Shown here: positions 39,301-48,756 of the stretch, in pieces | Position numbering within the stretch: position 1 is the first letter of the stretch | Layout of the letters: each line of letters begins with the position of its first letter | The notes under the pieces: model-generated | Database searches by the model: none | What the model was told of the DNA's origin: nothing | What the model saw: the letters and a program-made list of their open reading frames with translations, nothing else | Translations under genes and position numbers: made by a program | IMG/VR virus record: IMGVR_UViG_2974602183_000001 | Span: 48,107-112,106 of that record | Length of the DNA stretch: 64,000 nucleotides | Direction: 5' to 3' (one strand) | DNA from: a virus | Lineage: Duplodnaviria; Caudoviricetes

Positions 39301-39907
39301 TCTCCCTTAAAGTAAGTTCGAATCCTTGATACATCCCGTTCACGTCAAGGTCTTCGGTAGGGATTGTGTCGTCCACCAAGACCATCTCGAACAAGATGTT
39401 ATTGAATATAGGTTTCTCTGTACCGTCTGTTATCTTTGCTAATTTAGGGTATAGCCCTAGGGTTATGCTATTAGATGCGTTATTCGAAGTGTAGCTAGTT
39501 ATTTTGTACACCTTGGAATGCCCAGTTATTTTAAATAAATCCCCTATATTAGGTCTGCCACTAAGTGCTGATGCGTTCTGAATAACTATCTGATTGCCTT
39601 TTTGCCCCGCGGGTACTACAGTGCTATTAGGGTTTCCGGTAACCCTGTAGTTTTCATACTGAGGTAGAAGGACGTCTATAGTATCACCTACCCTAATAGC
39701 TTCCATAACAGCTGCACTTAGTACTGCAAACTCCATATAAAATAACTCAGGATATGTTAACTCTAAAGACCAAAACTGGGCGGCTCCATCTACACGTAGT
39801 ACAGAACCGTTCGGCATTTCGTCGTATATTACAGGGTTATTATCTACAAGACGGGCACCTGTAAAGCCTGGGGCGTCTGCATTAGTGAAAGGGTCTGGAA
39901 GGCGCAT
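39284..39907 (-). CDS. pb9: Distal tail protein pb9
   Basis: MRLPDP start after AGGAG; synteny. Confidence 0.85.
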   Translation of the reverse strand: MRLPDPFTNADAPGFTGARLVDNNPVIYDEMPNGSVLRVDGAAQFWSLELTYPELFYMEFAVLSAAVMEAIRVGDTIDVLLPQYENYRVTGNPNSTVVPAGQKGNQIVIQNASALSGRPNIGDLFKITGHSKVYKITSYTSNNASNSITLGLYPKLAKITDGTEKPIFNNILFEMVLVDDTIPTEDLDVNGMYQGFELTLRENVHAE

Positions 39908-40013
39908 AGTTTGTATTCTCCTATAAAGCTCTGTGCCACGATAATTTGTCAATATATTTTATACTTATTATATATAAAACCTCTCAAACTGTCTAGAGAT
40001 TTTTCTACCCGAC

Positions 40014-40041
40014 AAAAAGAAACCCGCACAAAGGCGGGTTC
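40014..40041 (-). terminator. Terminator after the tape measure gene
   Basis: AACCCGC-ctttgt-GCGGGTTTCTTTTT. Confidence 0.8.
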
Positions 40042-40044
40042 TTA

Positions 40045-43000
40045 CTAAGCGTCTCGAACAATAGACCTACCACTCTGGTTGGCCCCTTCCTCTAACGCCT
40101 CGATAATTTCATCAGCCCTATCTAGGATAGATGCTGCGTCTAACGCCTCAATCTGTAGGATTGTAGGGGCTCTACCCATAGCTCCTGCTGATTTCTCATT
40201 TTCCTCAGCTGTAGGGGTAATCACTGAGTCCACTTTAGGGGTGACTACTTCCGTACCTGTCTCACCTACTAAGTAGGACTTATCCTTGTACATATTACCA
40301 GAAGAGGCACGTCCATAGAACCCACGGTCACCTAGAGACTCAGCTCGTTCTGCTGCGGAAGCGGAGGAGCTGACATCTACTTTCATATCGTTAGCTTCTC
40401 CCACTTTCAGAGAAGTTGGGTCAGCACCTTCATTAGTAGAGTTACCAAGAGCTGCTAGTTGAGAAGCTGCTGAGTTAGAAGCTTGTTGGTATGCCATAGC
40501 ACCTGCAACAGCCACAAGACCTGCGTTTATAAAGCTTAGTGGAGGTGGAGCACTACCTAAAGCATACGCAATACCTGCCGCTGTCTGGATTAGGATAGTG
40601 GCCTTAGCGTATTTCTCCTGCTCCTTTATCTTCTTCTTGTTCAGTTCTTTTAGCTTCTTCTCTTCTGCTTCACTTAGGTTTTCCTTAGACTGTAGGGCTG
40701 CAATTTCAGCATCTATACTGCCAACCGCTGCCTGCCCAGCCATCTGAATTACACTAGATATACTGTTCAATGCGGATGCTGTAGTAGTTGCAGAGGCAGC
40801 TGCTAAGTCCCCAGCCGATTTAGCTGATTGACCGTAGATTTCCCACGCGTCCGCTGCTGCAAGTACCTGACTCTGCATGTCCGCTATTTCAGGACTTAAA
40901 GTAGCTACCGTGCTGTCAACTCCCTGTTGGTTATCTTGACGTAGACGTCTAGAGTTTTCCTCTTGAGAGATAACTAACTGTCTCTCCAGCTCCTTAGTTC
41001 TCTCCCTCTGAGCCTCGACTTCAGCCTTGGAGATAAACTCTTGGCGCTGCATAGTCTCTAGGATTGACATCTCTAGGCTAAGTTCTCTTTGTAGAGTTGT
41101 TGTAGAGTCCAGAGGTTCTCTGAATGTACTTTGGTTTCTATTCTCGAATTCGGACTGGATTCTTAGCTTTTCATAACTGCTCTGAATAGACTTGGCCCGA
41201 GCTGCGTTTAGTTTCTGCTCTAGAACCCACTCATCGTAAACCATTTGAGTGGTTTTTTCTTTGATGCCTAACACTGCTGTGGCAGCATCATTGATTTTTC
41301 TTTGAGCTTCTAACTGTTGCTCTGCGACTAATACTGCCTCATCGAAGCTTGTAAGTCCGTCCAACTCCCTTGCAAGCATTTCTTGCTTTTGCATCTCTTT
41401 GGTTTGATTCTCTTGAATCTTGGCGTAAGCCTGAATTGCATCTAGCTTGTAGAATTGCTCAGAAGTTATTTTTAGTCTCTCTAAGGCCTCTCTTTGGGAG
41501 ATACCTGCCTCAGTTAGTAGGTTTACAGACCTCTGAGCCTCCTTTGCTTCATTAGCTAGCCCAGCGTATGTTCCCTTCTCTGGAGTAAGGTCATTAATGA
41601 TTCCTGTGATGCCACCAGAAAGGCTTCTACTTAAGGTAGTTAAGTTCTGAATCTCAGGAGCGATAGCCTTAACAGTGTCTTTACTAGTACCCATAGACTT
41701 AGTAAACTCATTTACTGCCCTGGTTGCCAGTAAATATTCTGCTTTAAGAGCGCGCACCTCATCTTCTAGGGGCCCTACCTGTCCTGGGGCAGCATTGTTG
41801 GCTGCACGAGCAGCTTTACGTAGCTTCTTGTCTAGCTTCTCCTGTTCTTCTAGTAGACCGTTCAGTGCTAGCATGTCATCAATAAAGCCAGGAGACACTC
41901 TTGCCTCTTTAAGCGTATCAATTACTGGTAAAGAATCAGCTCCTTCACGGCCCCACCTATCAATAGCCTCAAACACACCATTAATCTCGTTTAACGTACC
42001 AATAACAATATCATTAGTAGCGATTAAGCGTAATAACCTGTTAGTAGCTCCAGATACGTTAGCTCCGAACTTCTCCCAAGCTGTAGATTCTAACCTAGAG
42101 TCTACTGCACCTAAGTTCTGCTCGGATTTACGTATCACCTCATTAGCCAGCGCTTGTTGTCTCTGGAAGGAGTTTAGGCTGTTAGCTGCAATGTTATGCT
42201 CTGCGGCGTACTGAGCGAACGCTTCGTTTAGTCGAACAGTAATACCTAGTTCGTCTAATAGTTCCACTTCCGCTTTTGATACACCACGTACCACACGGTT
42301 AAGTGCATCAGTCATTTCCACACCTAGAACGATGGATGCACGTCTAGCTACTGTGGCAAACTCTGAGATGGTTTGGGTATCGAAGCCAAATGCTGTAGCA
42401 GATGCTGCCTGTCTAAGGGCCGCTTGGTAGCTTACAGCACCGTCAGTAGCTTCTTGCAATGCTTCCGCCACTCCGATGATGGAAATACCTAACTGTCCAG
42501 ACATAACTGCAGAGACCTCTTCTAGACGTTCTACACTAGCTGCTTCGTTAAGTAGTCTAAATGCTTCTGTAACCGCGAAGACGTTAGCAGCAACTAGCGC
42601 GTAAGCGTTTACAATAGAGTTGGAAGACCTGGCCATATCAGAGAAAGTCCTAACTGAGTTGGTACCTTGTCTATTAATGTCCTTTAATCGGTTATTTACA
42701 CGTCTAGCTTGCCCTTCTGTTTGCTCAAAAGACTCACCAACGCCTCTAACATTATTATCCAGTTTTTGTACTGCATTGCCCGTTGCTACGGAGTTCCTGT
42801 TAAGGTCTTGAACCTCTTCTGATAGTCCTACTATATCTGCACGTGCAGCGTCTGCGTTCTCACCTAACTGGTCTAGTACAGCGTCTAGGGTTTCAGAGGC
42901 TTTAAAGGTGTTCGATTCTATGTACTCTAATACATCGTTGAACTTCTCGAAAGAGCCTGTTAGGGAAGTCATGGACGCAGGAACTTTTATGTTGGAGAGG

Positions 43001-43137
43001 CTTTTATTAAGGTCATCCGTGAATATAGCAGCATCATTCAATGCTTCACTTAAAGCCTCTACCTCTTTAGTGGCGGGCTTTATACCACGTCTACGTACCT
43101 GAATCATTAATTCCTGTACTGATTTGTTATCTGCCAT
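40045..43137 (-). CDS. pb2: Tape measure protein pb2
   Basis: Long helical protein, ELLDELGITVRL motif, hydrophobic C-terminal segments; upstream of pb9. Confidence 0.92.
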   Translation of the reverse strand: MADNKSVQELMIQVRRRGIKPATKEVEALSEALNDAAIFTDDLNKSLSNIKVPASMTSLTGSFEKFNDVLEYIESNTFKASETLDAVLDQLGENADAARADIVGLSEEVQDLNRNSVATGNAVQKLDNNVRGVGESFEQTEGQARRVNNRLKDINRQGTNSVRTFSDMARSSNSIVNAYALVAANVFAVTEAFRLLNEAASVERLEEVSAVMSGQLGISIIGVAEALQEATDGAVSYQAALRQAASATAFGFDTQTISEFATVARRASIVLGVEMTDALNRVVRGVSKAEVELLDELGITVRLNEAFAQYAAEHNIAANSLNSFQRQQALANEVIRKSEQNLGAVDSRLESTAWEKFGANVSGATNRLLRLIATNDIVIGTLNEINGVFEAIDRWGREGADSLPVIDTLKEARVSPGFIDDMLALNGLLEEQEKLDKKLRKAARAANNAAPGQVGPLEDEVRALKAEYLLATRAVNEFTKSMGTSKDTVKAIAPEIQNLTTLSRSLSGGITGIINDLTPEKGTYAGLANEAKEAQRSVNLLTEAGISQREALERLKITSEQFYKLDAIQAYAKIQENQTKEMQKQEMLARELDGLTSFDEAVLVAEQQLEAQRKINDAATAVLGIKEKTTQMVYDEWVLEQKLNAARAKSIQSSYEKLRIQSEFENRNQSTFREPLDSTTTLQRELSLEMSILETMQRQEFISKAEVEAQRERTKELERQLVISQEENSRRLRQDNQQGVDSTVATLSPEIADMQSQVLAAADAWEIYGQSAKSAGDLAAASATTTASALNSISSVIQMAGQAAVGSIDAEIAALQSKENLSEAEEKKLKELNKKKIKEQEKYAKATILIQTAAGIAYALGSAPPPLSFINAGLVAVAGAMAYQQASNSAASQLAALGNSTNEGADPTSLKVGEANDMKVDVSSSASAAERAESLGDRGFYGRASSGNMYKDKSYLVGETGTEVVTPKVDSVITPTAEENEKSAGAMGRAPTILQIEALDAASILDRADEIIEALEEGANQSGRSIVRDA

Positions 43138-43148
43138 ATTTTACCTAT

Positions 43149-43173
43149 AAAAATAGCGGCACTAAGGCCGCTA
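43149..43173 (-). terminator. Terminator downstream of the capsid-like paralog
   Basis: TAGCGGC-cttagt-GCCGCTATTTTT. Confidence 0.75.
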
Positions 43174-43179
43174 ATATAA

Positions 43180-43953
43180 TTAAGCCGTTACGAATCGGAT
43201 GTATTTAGTATCCCAAGCGTACCCGTAACTATAACCGCCGATTAGTGCAGTGTTTTGTTTTCCACCTTCCCTTTCGAATCCGATAGTTAGTGGTGTGAAC
43301 CCTCCAGCTACTCCGTGAGTGTGGTAGGCTAGTACCTCACCCGCTGCTAAATGCTCAGAGGTTACGATGCGAATTTTCTTATCTAAGAAGTCCTTGGCGT
43401 CGCTAAGGGCATCTGTACTGATAAGGTCTAAGTAGTCAGCTAAGCTAACGGCAAAGATAATTGGCCCGACAGTATTGAACACGTTAGGCCCCATATCTGC
43501 GATAATTGCTTTTAACCCTGCCCAGGTAGCGGCCCCACCAGGAGCTACTGGAATGGTTGCGTCGGCCCTAGCAGCGTCTACGAAGTTCTTCTCCATGTCT
43601 TTAGCTAGTACTTGGCCTAGCAAAGTTGTTAGGCAATCACGAGGACCTACCATAGGATTCATGTCTTCAATAGTTTCATCAGCTAAGTCTACCACAGCTA
43701 CTGTCTGAGTCTTAGTGATTGAGAGTCCTTGGATAACAAAGGACGTCTGCCCTGCGACAGGCAGGTCTGTGTATGGATGCAGCACTCTACCCGATTCTAA
43801 CTCTACATCTTGCATGATTTGAGAAATCAGAGTCATCTGGTTTAGGGCTGCTTTACGGGTGCTCTCAAGACTTTCGTCTAAAGCATCCGTAATATCCTTT
43901 TGAATATATGCTCGCTTAGCTTCCGGGGTCATATTCTTAAATGAAGTTGACAT
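43180..43953 (-). CDS. Divergent major-capsid-like (HK97 fold) protein
   Basis: Colinear motif matches to the MCP in this window: DETIED/DETTED, MEKNFV/IEKAFL, VSLADYLDLI/VSLDVYYDLI, IVTSEHL/VVVSEYF, TIGFER/TVEYER. Confidence 0.75.
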   Translation of the reverse strand: MSTSFKNMTPEAKRAYIQKDITDALDESLESTRKAALNQMTLISQIMQDVELESGRVLHPYTDLPVAGQTSFVIQGLSITKTQTVAVVDLADETIEDMNPMVGPRDCLTTLLGQVLAKDMEKNFVDAARADATIPVAPGGAATWAGLKAIIADMGPNVFNTVGPIIFAVSLADYLDLISTDALSDAKDFLDKKIRIVTSEHLAAGEVLAYHTHGVAGGFTPLTIGFEREGGKQNTALIGGYSYGYAWDTKYIRFVTA

Positions 43954-43966
43954 TTATGTTTCCTTT

Positions 43967-43988
43967 AAAAAATTGCCCCCGTGGGGGC
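43967..43988 (-). terminator. Terminator-like hairpin between the tail chaperones and the capsid-like gene
   Basis: GCCCC-cacg-GGGGC-AATTTTTT. Confidence 0.55.
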
Positions 43989-44005
43989 TAAGATGGAGAA
44001 AAGAA

Positions 44006-44377
44006 TTATTTCTTACTAGCGTTGCGTTTTCGTTCTGCTACCGCCTGTTCTATAGCTTTCTTTTCCATATGTAATATGATATCTGTCACTAATTCTTTAT
44101 CCCTAGGACTCCTTACTTCATATATATCGAAGAATACTGGGAGGGCGGAGTAGTCCTTACCTCCGAATATAGAGCCTGTCATTCCGAGAGGTATAAACAC
44201 ATCGGATAGGGATTTGTAGATGATATTAGCAATTTGAACGACATGTGGCATATCTGACAGGTCCTTAGGTACCTTGTTAGGGTCGGGTTCCTGCCCCAAC
44301 TGCTCACATATCATGTAGTATTTTTCTTTGGTTAGACCTTGTTGGGTTTTAAGGAGCGTATCTAGCCCCTTAAACAC
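44006..44377 (-). CDS. Tail assembly chaperone, second ORF (gpT-like)
   Basis: YYMICEQLGQEPDP, GKDYSAL; follows the first chaperone in the +1 frame. Confidence 0.8.
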   Translation of the reverse strand: MFKGLDTLLKTQQGLTKEKYYMICEQLGQEPDPNKVPKDLSDMPHVVQIANIIYKSLSDVFIPLGMTGSIFGGKDYSALPVFFDIYEVRSPRDKELVTDIILHMEKKAIEQAVAERKRNASKK

Positions 44378-44390
44378 CTCTTCTCTAGCT

Positions 44391-44798
44391 TTAGCCTCGA
44401 AAGTTGTTAAGGTCAGCTAAACAGCTATTAACCCAGCTGTCGAATGTGTTGCTTTGCGTAAGAAGAGTGGTAGCGTTCTCAACAGTGAACTCTAGCTCGT
44501 CTTCTAGCTCCACGGCTGACTCATTGATTAGTAGCATCTGTGCTAGGTACTTATACTTGAAGCCGCTCCACGTTGAAATAACCTCTTTACAGAATACCTC
44601 ATTCCACTTCTCGATGTTGAGTTTTTGGATTGGTGCGCCAACAGATGGGTCGTATTTTGTCTCTAAACAACTCTTACGTAGCTCACTTAGGCGAGACTTA
44701 GAGTTGTAAGTTAGAGTAATTGTTAGACCTTCGAATTCTGGGTGGTCGAAAGTCATAGTTTTTGTGTCTAGGATGATGTTAGCTAAATTAAGGCTCAT
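44391..44798 (-). CDS. Tail assembly chaperone, first ORF (gpG-like)
   Basis: 135 aa, ends FDSWV...LNNFRG; T5 synteny. Confidence 0.82.
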   Translation of the reverse strand: MSLNLANIILDTKTMTFDHPEFEGLTITLTYNSKSRLSELRKSCLETKYDPSVGAPIQKLNIEKWNEVFCKEVISTWSGFKYKYLAQMLLINESAVELEDELEFTVENATTLLTQSNTFDSWVNSCLADLNNFRG

Positions 44799-45664
44799 CG
44801 TTTTTCTCCATATTGAATAATGACGTCTCCAGATTCTTCTACTGGGGATACGTCCAAGTTATTTTGATAAACAGTTCCTATAGTATTTCTAGGTATAATA
44901 GATGCAGAGTCTATGCTCAAAGACATAGTGTTCTGCTTAACGTAGAAATCCCCTATAGTGGGTTCAGTAAAGAAGCCATTAGTATCTAAGTTTGTTGTTA
45001 TAGTAGCTGATACTATTAAGTCTTCTAGTATTGCATTACCTCTAGAGTATATTCCAGGGGTAAATAAAGATTTATCTTGTCGCCAGTCGGCTACTTGCTG
45101 TATGCTGAAGGATGCGTTTACCACATTGTTAAATATCTGCTCACCAAAGCCTAGGTATATAGGCGTTAATGGTAGAGGTAGTCCTTGTGGGCTGGTTTCC
45201 AGTTGTGGCATCTCATCGACGTACTCGAAGCTCGCGGCATTAAACACGGTGCCTATACCTAAAGGAGAATCCTTACTCATAAACACGTCTATGGTCTCTA
45301 AGAAACATGGGGATAACTTAATAGTTACTTCAGTATTTGTTAGGTACACATCGAAGTATTCAGGACTTACTGGGATAGAATCAGGAAGTCGGTGTAAAGG
45401 ACCTTCTGAAAGGCCTATAAGCTTGAATAGTAGCTCCTCAGTTCTCCCGTCTGTAGCAACTAAGTCTACTTGGACAGTAGTTGATGCCTTCTCGGAGATT
45501 ATAGAGTATTTCTTGGCTACTTTCTTAAATAAAGTCTTCCTACGACCAGAGACCTCCGTAAAGGAGGTCTCTAGGCTTATTGAGGAAGCTGCTTGGTAAG
45601 TGTAAGAGCGGCCTTCGTAGACTATAACCACTAGGGCGTTTCTTAAAAGTTGTCTGCTGGCCAC
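44795..45664 (-). CDS. Baseplate tube protein (T5 p140-like)
   Basis: QLLRNA start resembles the tail tube protein; synteny. Confidence 0.8.
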   Translation of the reverse strand: MASRQLLRNALVVIVYEGRSYTYQAASSISLETSFTEVSGRRKTLFKKVAKKYSIISEKASTTVQVDLVATDGRTEELLFKLIGLSEGPLHRLPDSIPVSPEYFDVYLTNTEVTIKLSPCFLETIDVFMSKDSPLGIGTVFNAASFEYVDEMPQLETSPQGLPLPLTPIYLGFGEQIFNNVVNASFSIQQVADWRQDKSLFTPGIYSRGNAILEDLIVSATITTNLDTNGFFTEPTIGDFYVKQNTMSLSIDSASIIPRNTIGTVYQNNLDVSPVEESGDVIIQYGEKR

Positions 45665-45675
45665 TTTAACTCCTA

Positions 45676-46815
45676 TTAAGCTTCACCGTCTCCAGTGTTG
45701 ATTAGACGGTCAATTTCTGCACTAGTGAATCGGTCAGAGAAGCCTAAGAAGGCCTCGTCCCCTGCTGAGAAGTCAGTAGGAATACCCTTAAAGGATAGGC
45801 TGGTACTGATAACGTCAGCGGATTCGATACTAGGTACGTCTAGGTGCGCTGTCGGTAGAACGATAACAGCTGCTGGAGCCGTACCGGAGCTAGCCACACC
45901 ACCCATAATCACCGCAATCTCAAAACTAGATGTTACTGATTTTTGTTGCAACATGTCCGCTAGTAACTTCTTAGACCCGTTAGTCTTGTCGTCTAGGTAC
46001 GCTGTCATCTCACCTGTAATAGATAGAGACCCGGTGTACGAACCGATAGGAACGTCTAAACAGCTAAGGGTACTAGGAGTTAGGAACGTGATGTTGTTGG
46101 TAAATGTAATAGAACCACCAGTGATAGCGATGTCATACGCTGTGTTAGAATTTCTGTTATCAGTAACTCGTAGGACTGTCAGCTTGTTACGGATGTAAGA
46201 AGCTTGTAAGTTACAGTCTACAGAAAGAACGTTTGCTGGGTCAAATGGTTGCGAAGGTAGCTCTGATAGTAAAGTACCTTGTCCAGTCCATGTAGTAGAA
46301 CCAATACCATCAATATCGTTTGAGATTGTTGCTTCACCTACTTGACAGTTCTCAATAACGTACCATGCACCATCTACATTCATGTAAACATGGAACTTCA
46401 ATAGTTCGTGGTGTTGAGAATCTTTAAAGTCTAGAAGCATGTTAACAGGGTTAGAATGAACACCTGCTGCACTAGTAACGTCGAATGGAGAGCCAGAAGC
46501 TAGGGAGTGCCATAGAAGTGCATCAGGAGTAAACTGATACTCGTCACCACTATCTGGAGTGCCATCTGGGTCTACTAAATACGAACGAATGTAAGTGGAG
46601 AATGTCCAATCCGCTGGCTCTAGTGCGTCATTGAAGCGGGCGGAACCACGTGTAGGTGTTGCACCTGCTTCTTCTAATTCAATATCAGAACTCGTAGGGT
46701 TCTGGTTAAAGGATAGGTCGTCCTGCACTTGGATTTCCCAAGTATTGGTTGTGTCGTGACCTGATAGAACCGTACTTACCCACAGACGGGTATTACGGAG
46801 TAATTTAACTGCCAT
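45676..46815 (-). CDS. pb6: Major tail tube protein pb6
   Basis: KLLRNTRLWVST, RGSARFNDALEPADWTFSTYIR. Confidence 0.92.
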   Translation of the reverse strand: MAVKLLRNTRLWVSTVLSGHDTTNTWEIQVQDDLSFNQNPTSSDIELEEAGATPTRGSARFNDALEPADWTFSTYIRSYLVDPDGTPDSGDEYQFTPDALLWHSLASGSPFDVTSAAGVHSNPVNMLLDFKDSQHHELLKFHVYMNVDGAWYVIENCQVGEATISNDIDGIGSTTWTGQGTLLSELPSQPFDPANVLSVDCNLQASYIRNKLTVLRVTDNRNSNTAYDIAITGGSITFTNNITFLTPSTLSCLDVPIGSYTGSLSITGEMTAYLDDKTNGSKKLLADMLQQKSVTSSFEIAVIMGGVASSGTAPAAVIVLPTAHLDVPSIESADVISTSLSFKGIPTDFSAGDEAFLGFSDRFTSAEIDRLINTGDGEA

Positions 46816-46837
46816 TTATATAACTCCTAAAATGTTG

Positions 46838-47326
46838 TTAGCAGAATCTAGAATTCTGCGTCTCGTATCTAACACGCAGTCTGATTTCACCCATTGCGTC
46901 TGGGGCTAGTAATCCCTCGTCCGTCCCAATCTCTTCGGCTACCACCTCAGTTACTCGATGAGTAGTAACCGAACTATCAGGATTTTCTATAGTATATTCA
47001 AAATCTTCCGTATTGTCAATGAGAGAAATTAAATCAGATATTACTTTCTCTAGCTCCTCGTCATAGTCTTCTATGTTACTAATATATACTCTAATGAACA
47101 TATTATAGTGGTGCCAGTTAAAGCCTCCAGGGAGGTTCTCAATGCGTTCGGTAGATTTAACTACACTTATAAAGGGGAAGTCGGTTATTTCATCAAAGTG
47201 TAGGATTTTGGTAGAGGCATTTCTACCATACACGTTGGTGTAATAAGGGCCAGTTCCTGTAAAGTTATCTTTGATTATTTCTACAAACTTACTGGCGATT
47301 GCTGTCCTGTGTGTTCCATTGCTCAT
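46838..47326 (-). CDS. Tail terminator (T5 p142-like)
   Basis: HRTAIA, TDEGLLAP motif; synteny. Confidence 0.85.
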   Translation of the reverse strand: MSNGTHRTAIASKFVEIIKDNFTGTGPYYTNVYGRNASTKILHFDEITDFPFISVVKSTERIENLPGGFNWHHYNMFIRVYISNIEDYDEELEKVISDLISLIDNTEDFEYTIENPDSSVTTHRVTEVVAEEIGTDEGLLAPDAMGEIRLRVRYETQNSRFC

Positions 47327-48096
47327 ATTTGTCTAACCTCTATGTTGTAGGCCTTCTCTAAGACTAAGTCCCTAGCAGCCTTGGCCAACGCTTCTCCAAT
47401 TATCCTAACAGGGTCTCTAGCCTTCGATGCCAGTGCCTCGCGGGAGGTCCTGCGTGGGTCGAAAACTTGATATGGATAAATCATATAATTAAAATATAAA
47501 GACAATTTTTGTTTTTGTCTTTTCGATGGTGTGTTAATTAAGGCTACCTTATCCACTACTGCGGAGTTGACAAACCTACCTGTCCTATTTCTAAGGGGAG
47601 TATTTCTTCCTTTGCCTGCAGAAGGTGAAGTCATTTCCTTCAACATATACTCCTTCATTACTAGATTCAGTAGGAACGTTAGGTTCTTCTGGGAGATTAG
47701 CTTACCTCTAGCGGTTTGAATACCTGCCGAAATTCCGTCTTCCCCGCCTGTCTCATCATAGACTATATTAACACTACCAGTTGTTCTTTTTCTTAAGATG
47801 TTCTGGCCAGCCCCCTCTACCTCGAATCCGTATTGAGTGAGTAACTTAGCACCTACGTCCGCTGCGGCGTCAGCCGCGAGTTCTTCAGTAAGCTTAGTGA
47901 AAGCCTTCCTAGCCTTGCCTCGTAACTCATCCTCATTTATTGGGGCCTTAGACTCGAACCTCAGTGTTATGAGAGTTGTGTCACTACGGGTATCTGCGAC
48001 GACTACCTCATAAGCTACCTTTCCTCGGGTCTTTCCGCCCTCATCTTCGTATATGGCCCTAGTAAGGGCCATAGCTGCGTCCGAAAGTCCTGACAT
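47323..48096 (-). CDS. Tail completion / neck protein (T5 p143-like)
   Basis: LRNRTGRFVNS, YMIYPYQVF, RDP..II motifs. Start moved to MSGLSD. Confidence 0.82.
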   Translation of the reverse strand: MSGLSDAAMALTRAIYEDEGGKTRGKVAYEVVVADTRSDTTLITLRFESKAPINEDELRGKARKAFTKLTEELAADAAADVGAKLLTQYGFEVEGAGQNILRKRTTGSVNIVYDETGGEDGISAGIQTARGKLISQKNLTFLLNLVMKEYMLKEMTSPSAGKGRNTPLRNRTGRFVNSAVVDKVALINTPSKRQKQKLSLYFNYMIYPYQVFDPRRTSREALASKARDPVRIIGEALAKAARDLVLEKAYNIEVRQI

Positions 48097-48097
48097 A

Positions 48098-48694
48098 TTA
48101 AGCCTTCCTATACATGTTAAGTATGTTCTCAATATGCTTTGGCATATTGTTTAGGCGTACCTTGGTAGTAGACTGACCTTGGTTAACCACTGTTTTATTG
48201 AAATTCTTACGGTCAATCCAGTAGTCTAGAAGCATAAAGCCGGCTAACTTAATATCAGCAGACGCCTGGATTAGGTCTACATCGTAGGTAACGGTCATAA
48301 TATATGCCTTATCTAGTGTAGGAAACACAGTAAGCTTACCTAACCTAGGGTCGGCATACCAGTCGTCCGCTCCGAGAACTTTGTTCTCTGTTTCGGGAGC
48401 CCCTGTTCTTCGTAACTTGACCTCTGTAACTGCCACTTCCACATCTTGCAACATGAACTCCTGTTGGTGTGGAGAAGTAACTTGAGTTTCCGTAGCACCT
48501 ACTAGTACATCCGTGACAAAAGGAAAAGTACTATTACTGTTAGCTACTGGGGCTTCTTCGAACTCGTAACCTAAGTAAGTCTGTATGGCAGAGGCTACAG
48601 CAGGCATTAGTTGCTCTATTTTTGCATCCTGAGTTGGTGATGCTATAGCAGCGTATTCTTTATACTCTTCCAAGCTAAACAATAGAGTTGCCAT
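48098..48694 (-). CDS. Head completion / head-tail adaptor (T5 p144-like)
   Basis: LEEYKEY, DIKLAGFMLLDYW, PKHIENILNMYR. Confidence 0.85.
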   Translation of the reverse strand: MATLLFSLEEYKEYAAIASPTQDAKIEQLMPAVASAIQTYLGYEFEEAPVANSNSTFPFVTDVLVGATETQVTSPHQQEFMLQDVEVAVTEVKLRRTGAPETENKVLGADDWYADPRLGKLTVFPTLDKAYIMTVTYDVDLIQASADIKLAGFMLLDYWIDRKNFNKTVVNQGQSTTKVRLNNMPKHIENILNMYRKA

Positions 48695-48710
48695 ATTCTC
48701 TCCTTATAAG

Positions 48711-48745
48711 AAAAAAGGGAGTAGAGCCTCAGCCCTACTCCCTTT
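48711..48745 (-). terminator. Terminator after the major capsid gene
   Basis: AAAGGGAGTAG...CTACTCCCTTTTTT. Confidence 0.85.
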
Positions 48746-48756
48746 CAGTGTTACGC

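Noticed and set aside
44958-46198. Long plus-strand ORFs (213 aa, 167 aa) and similar antisense ORFs across the window
   Set aside because: Shadow frames of well-supported opposite-strand genes, with no RBS or motifs.
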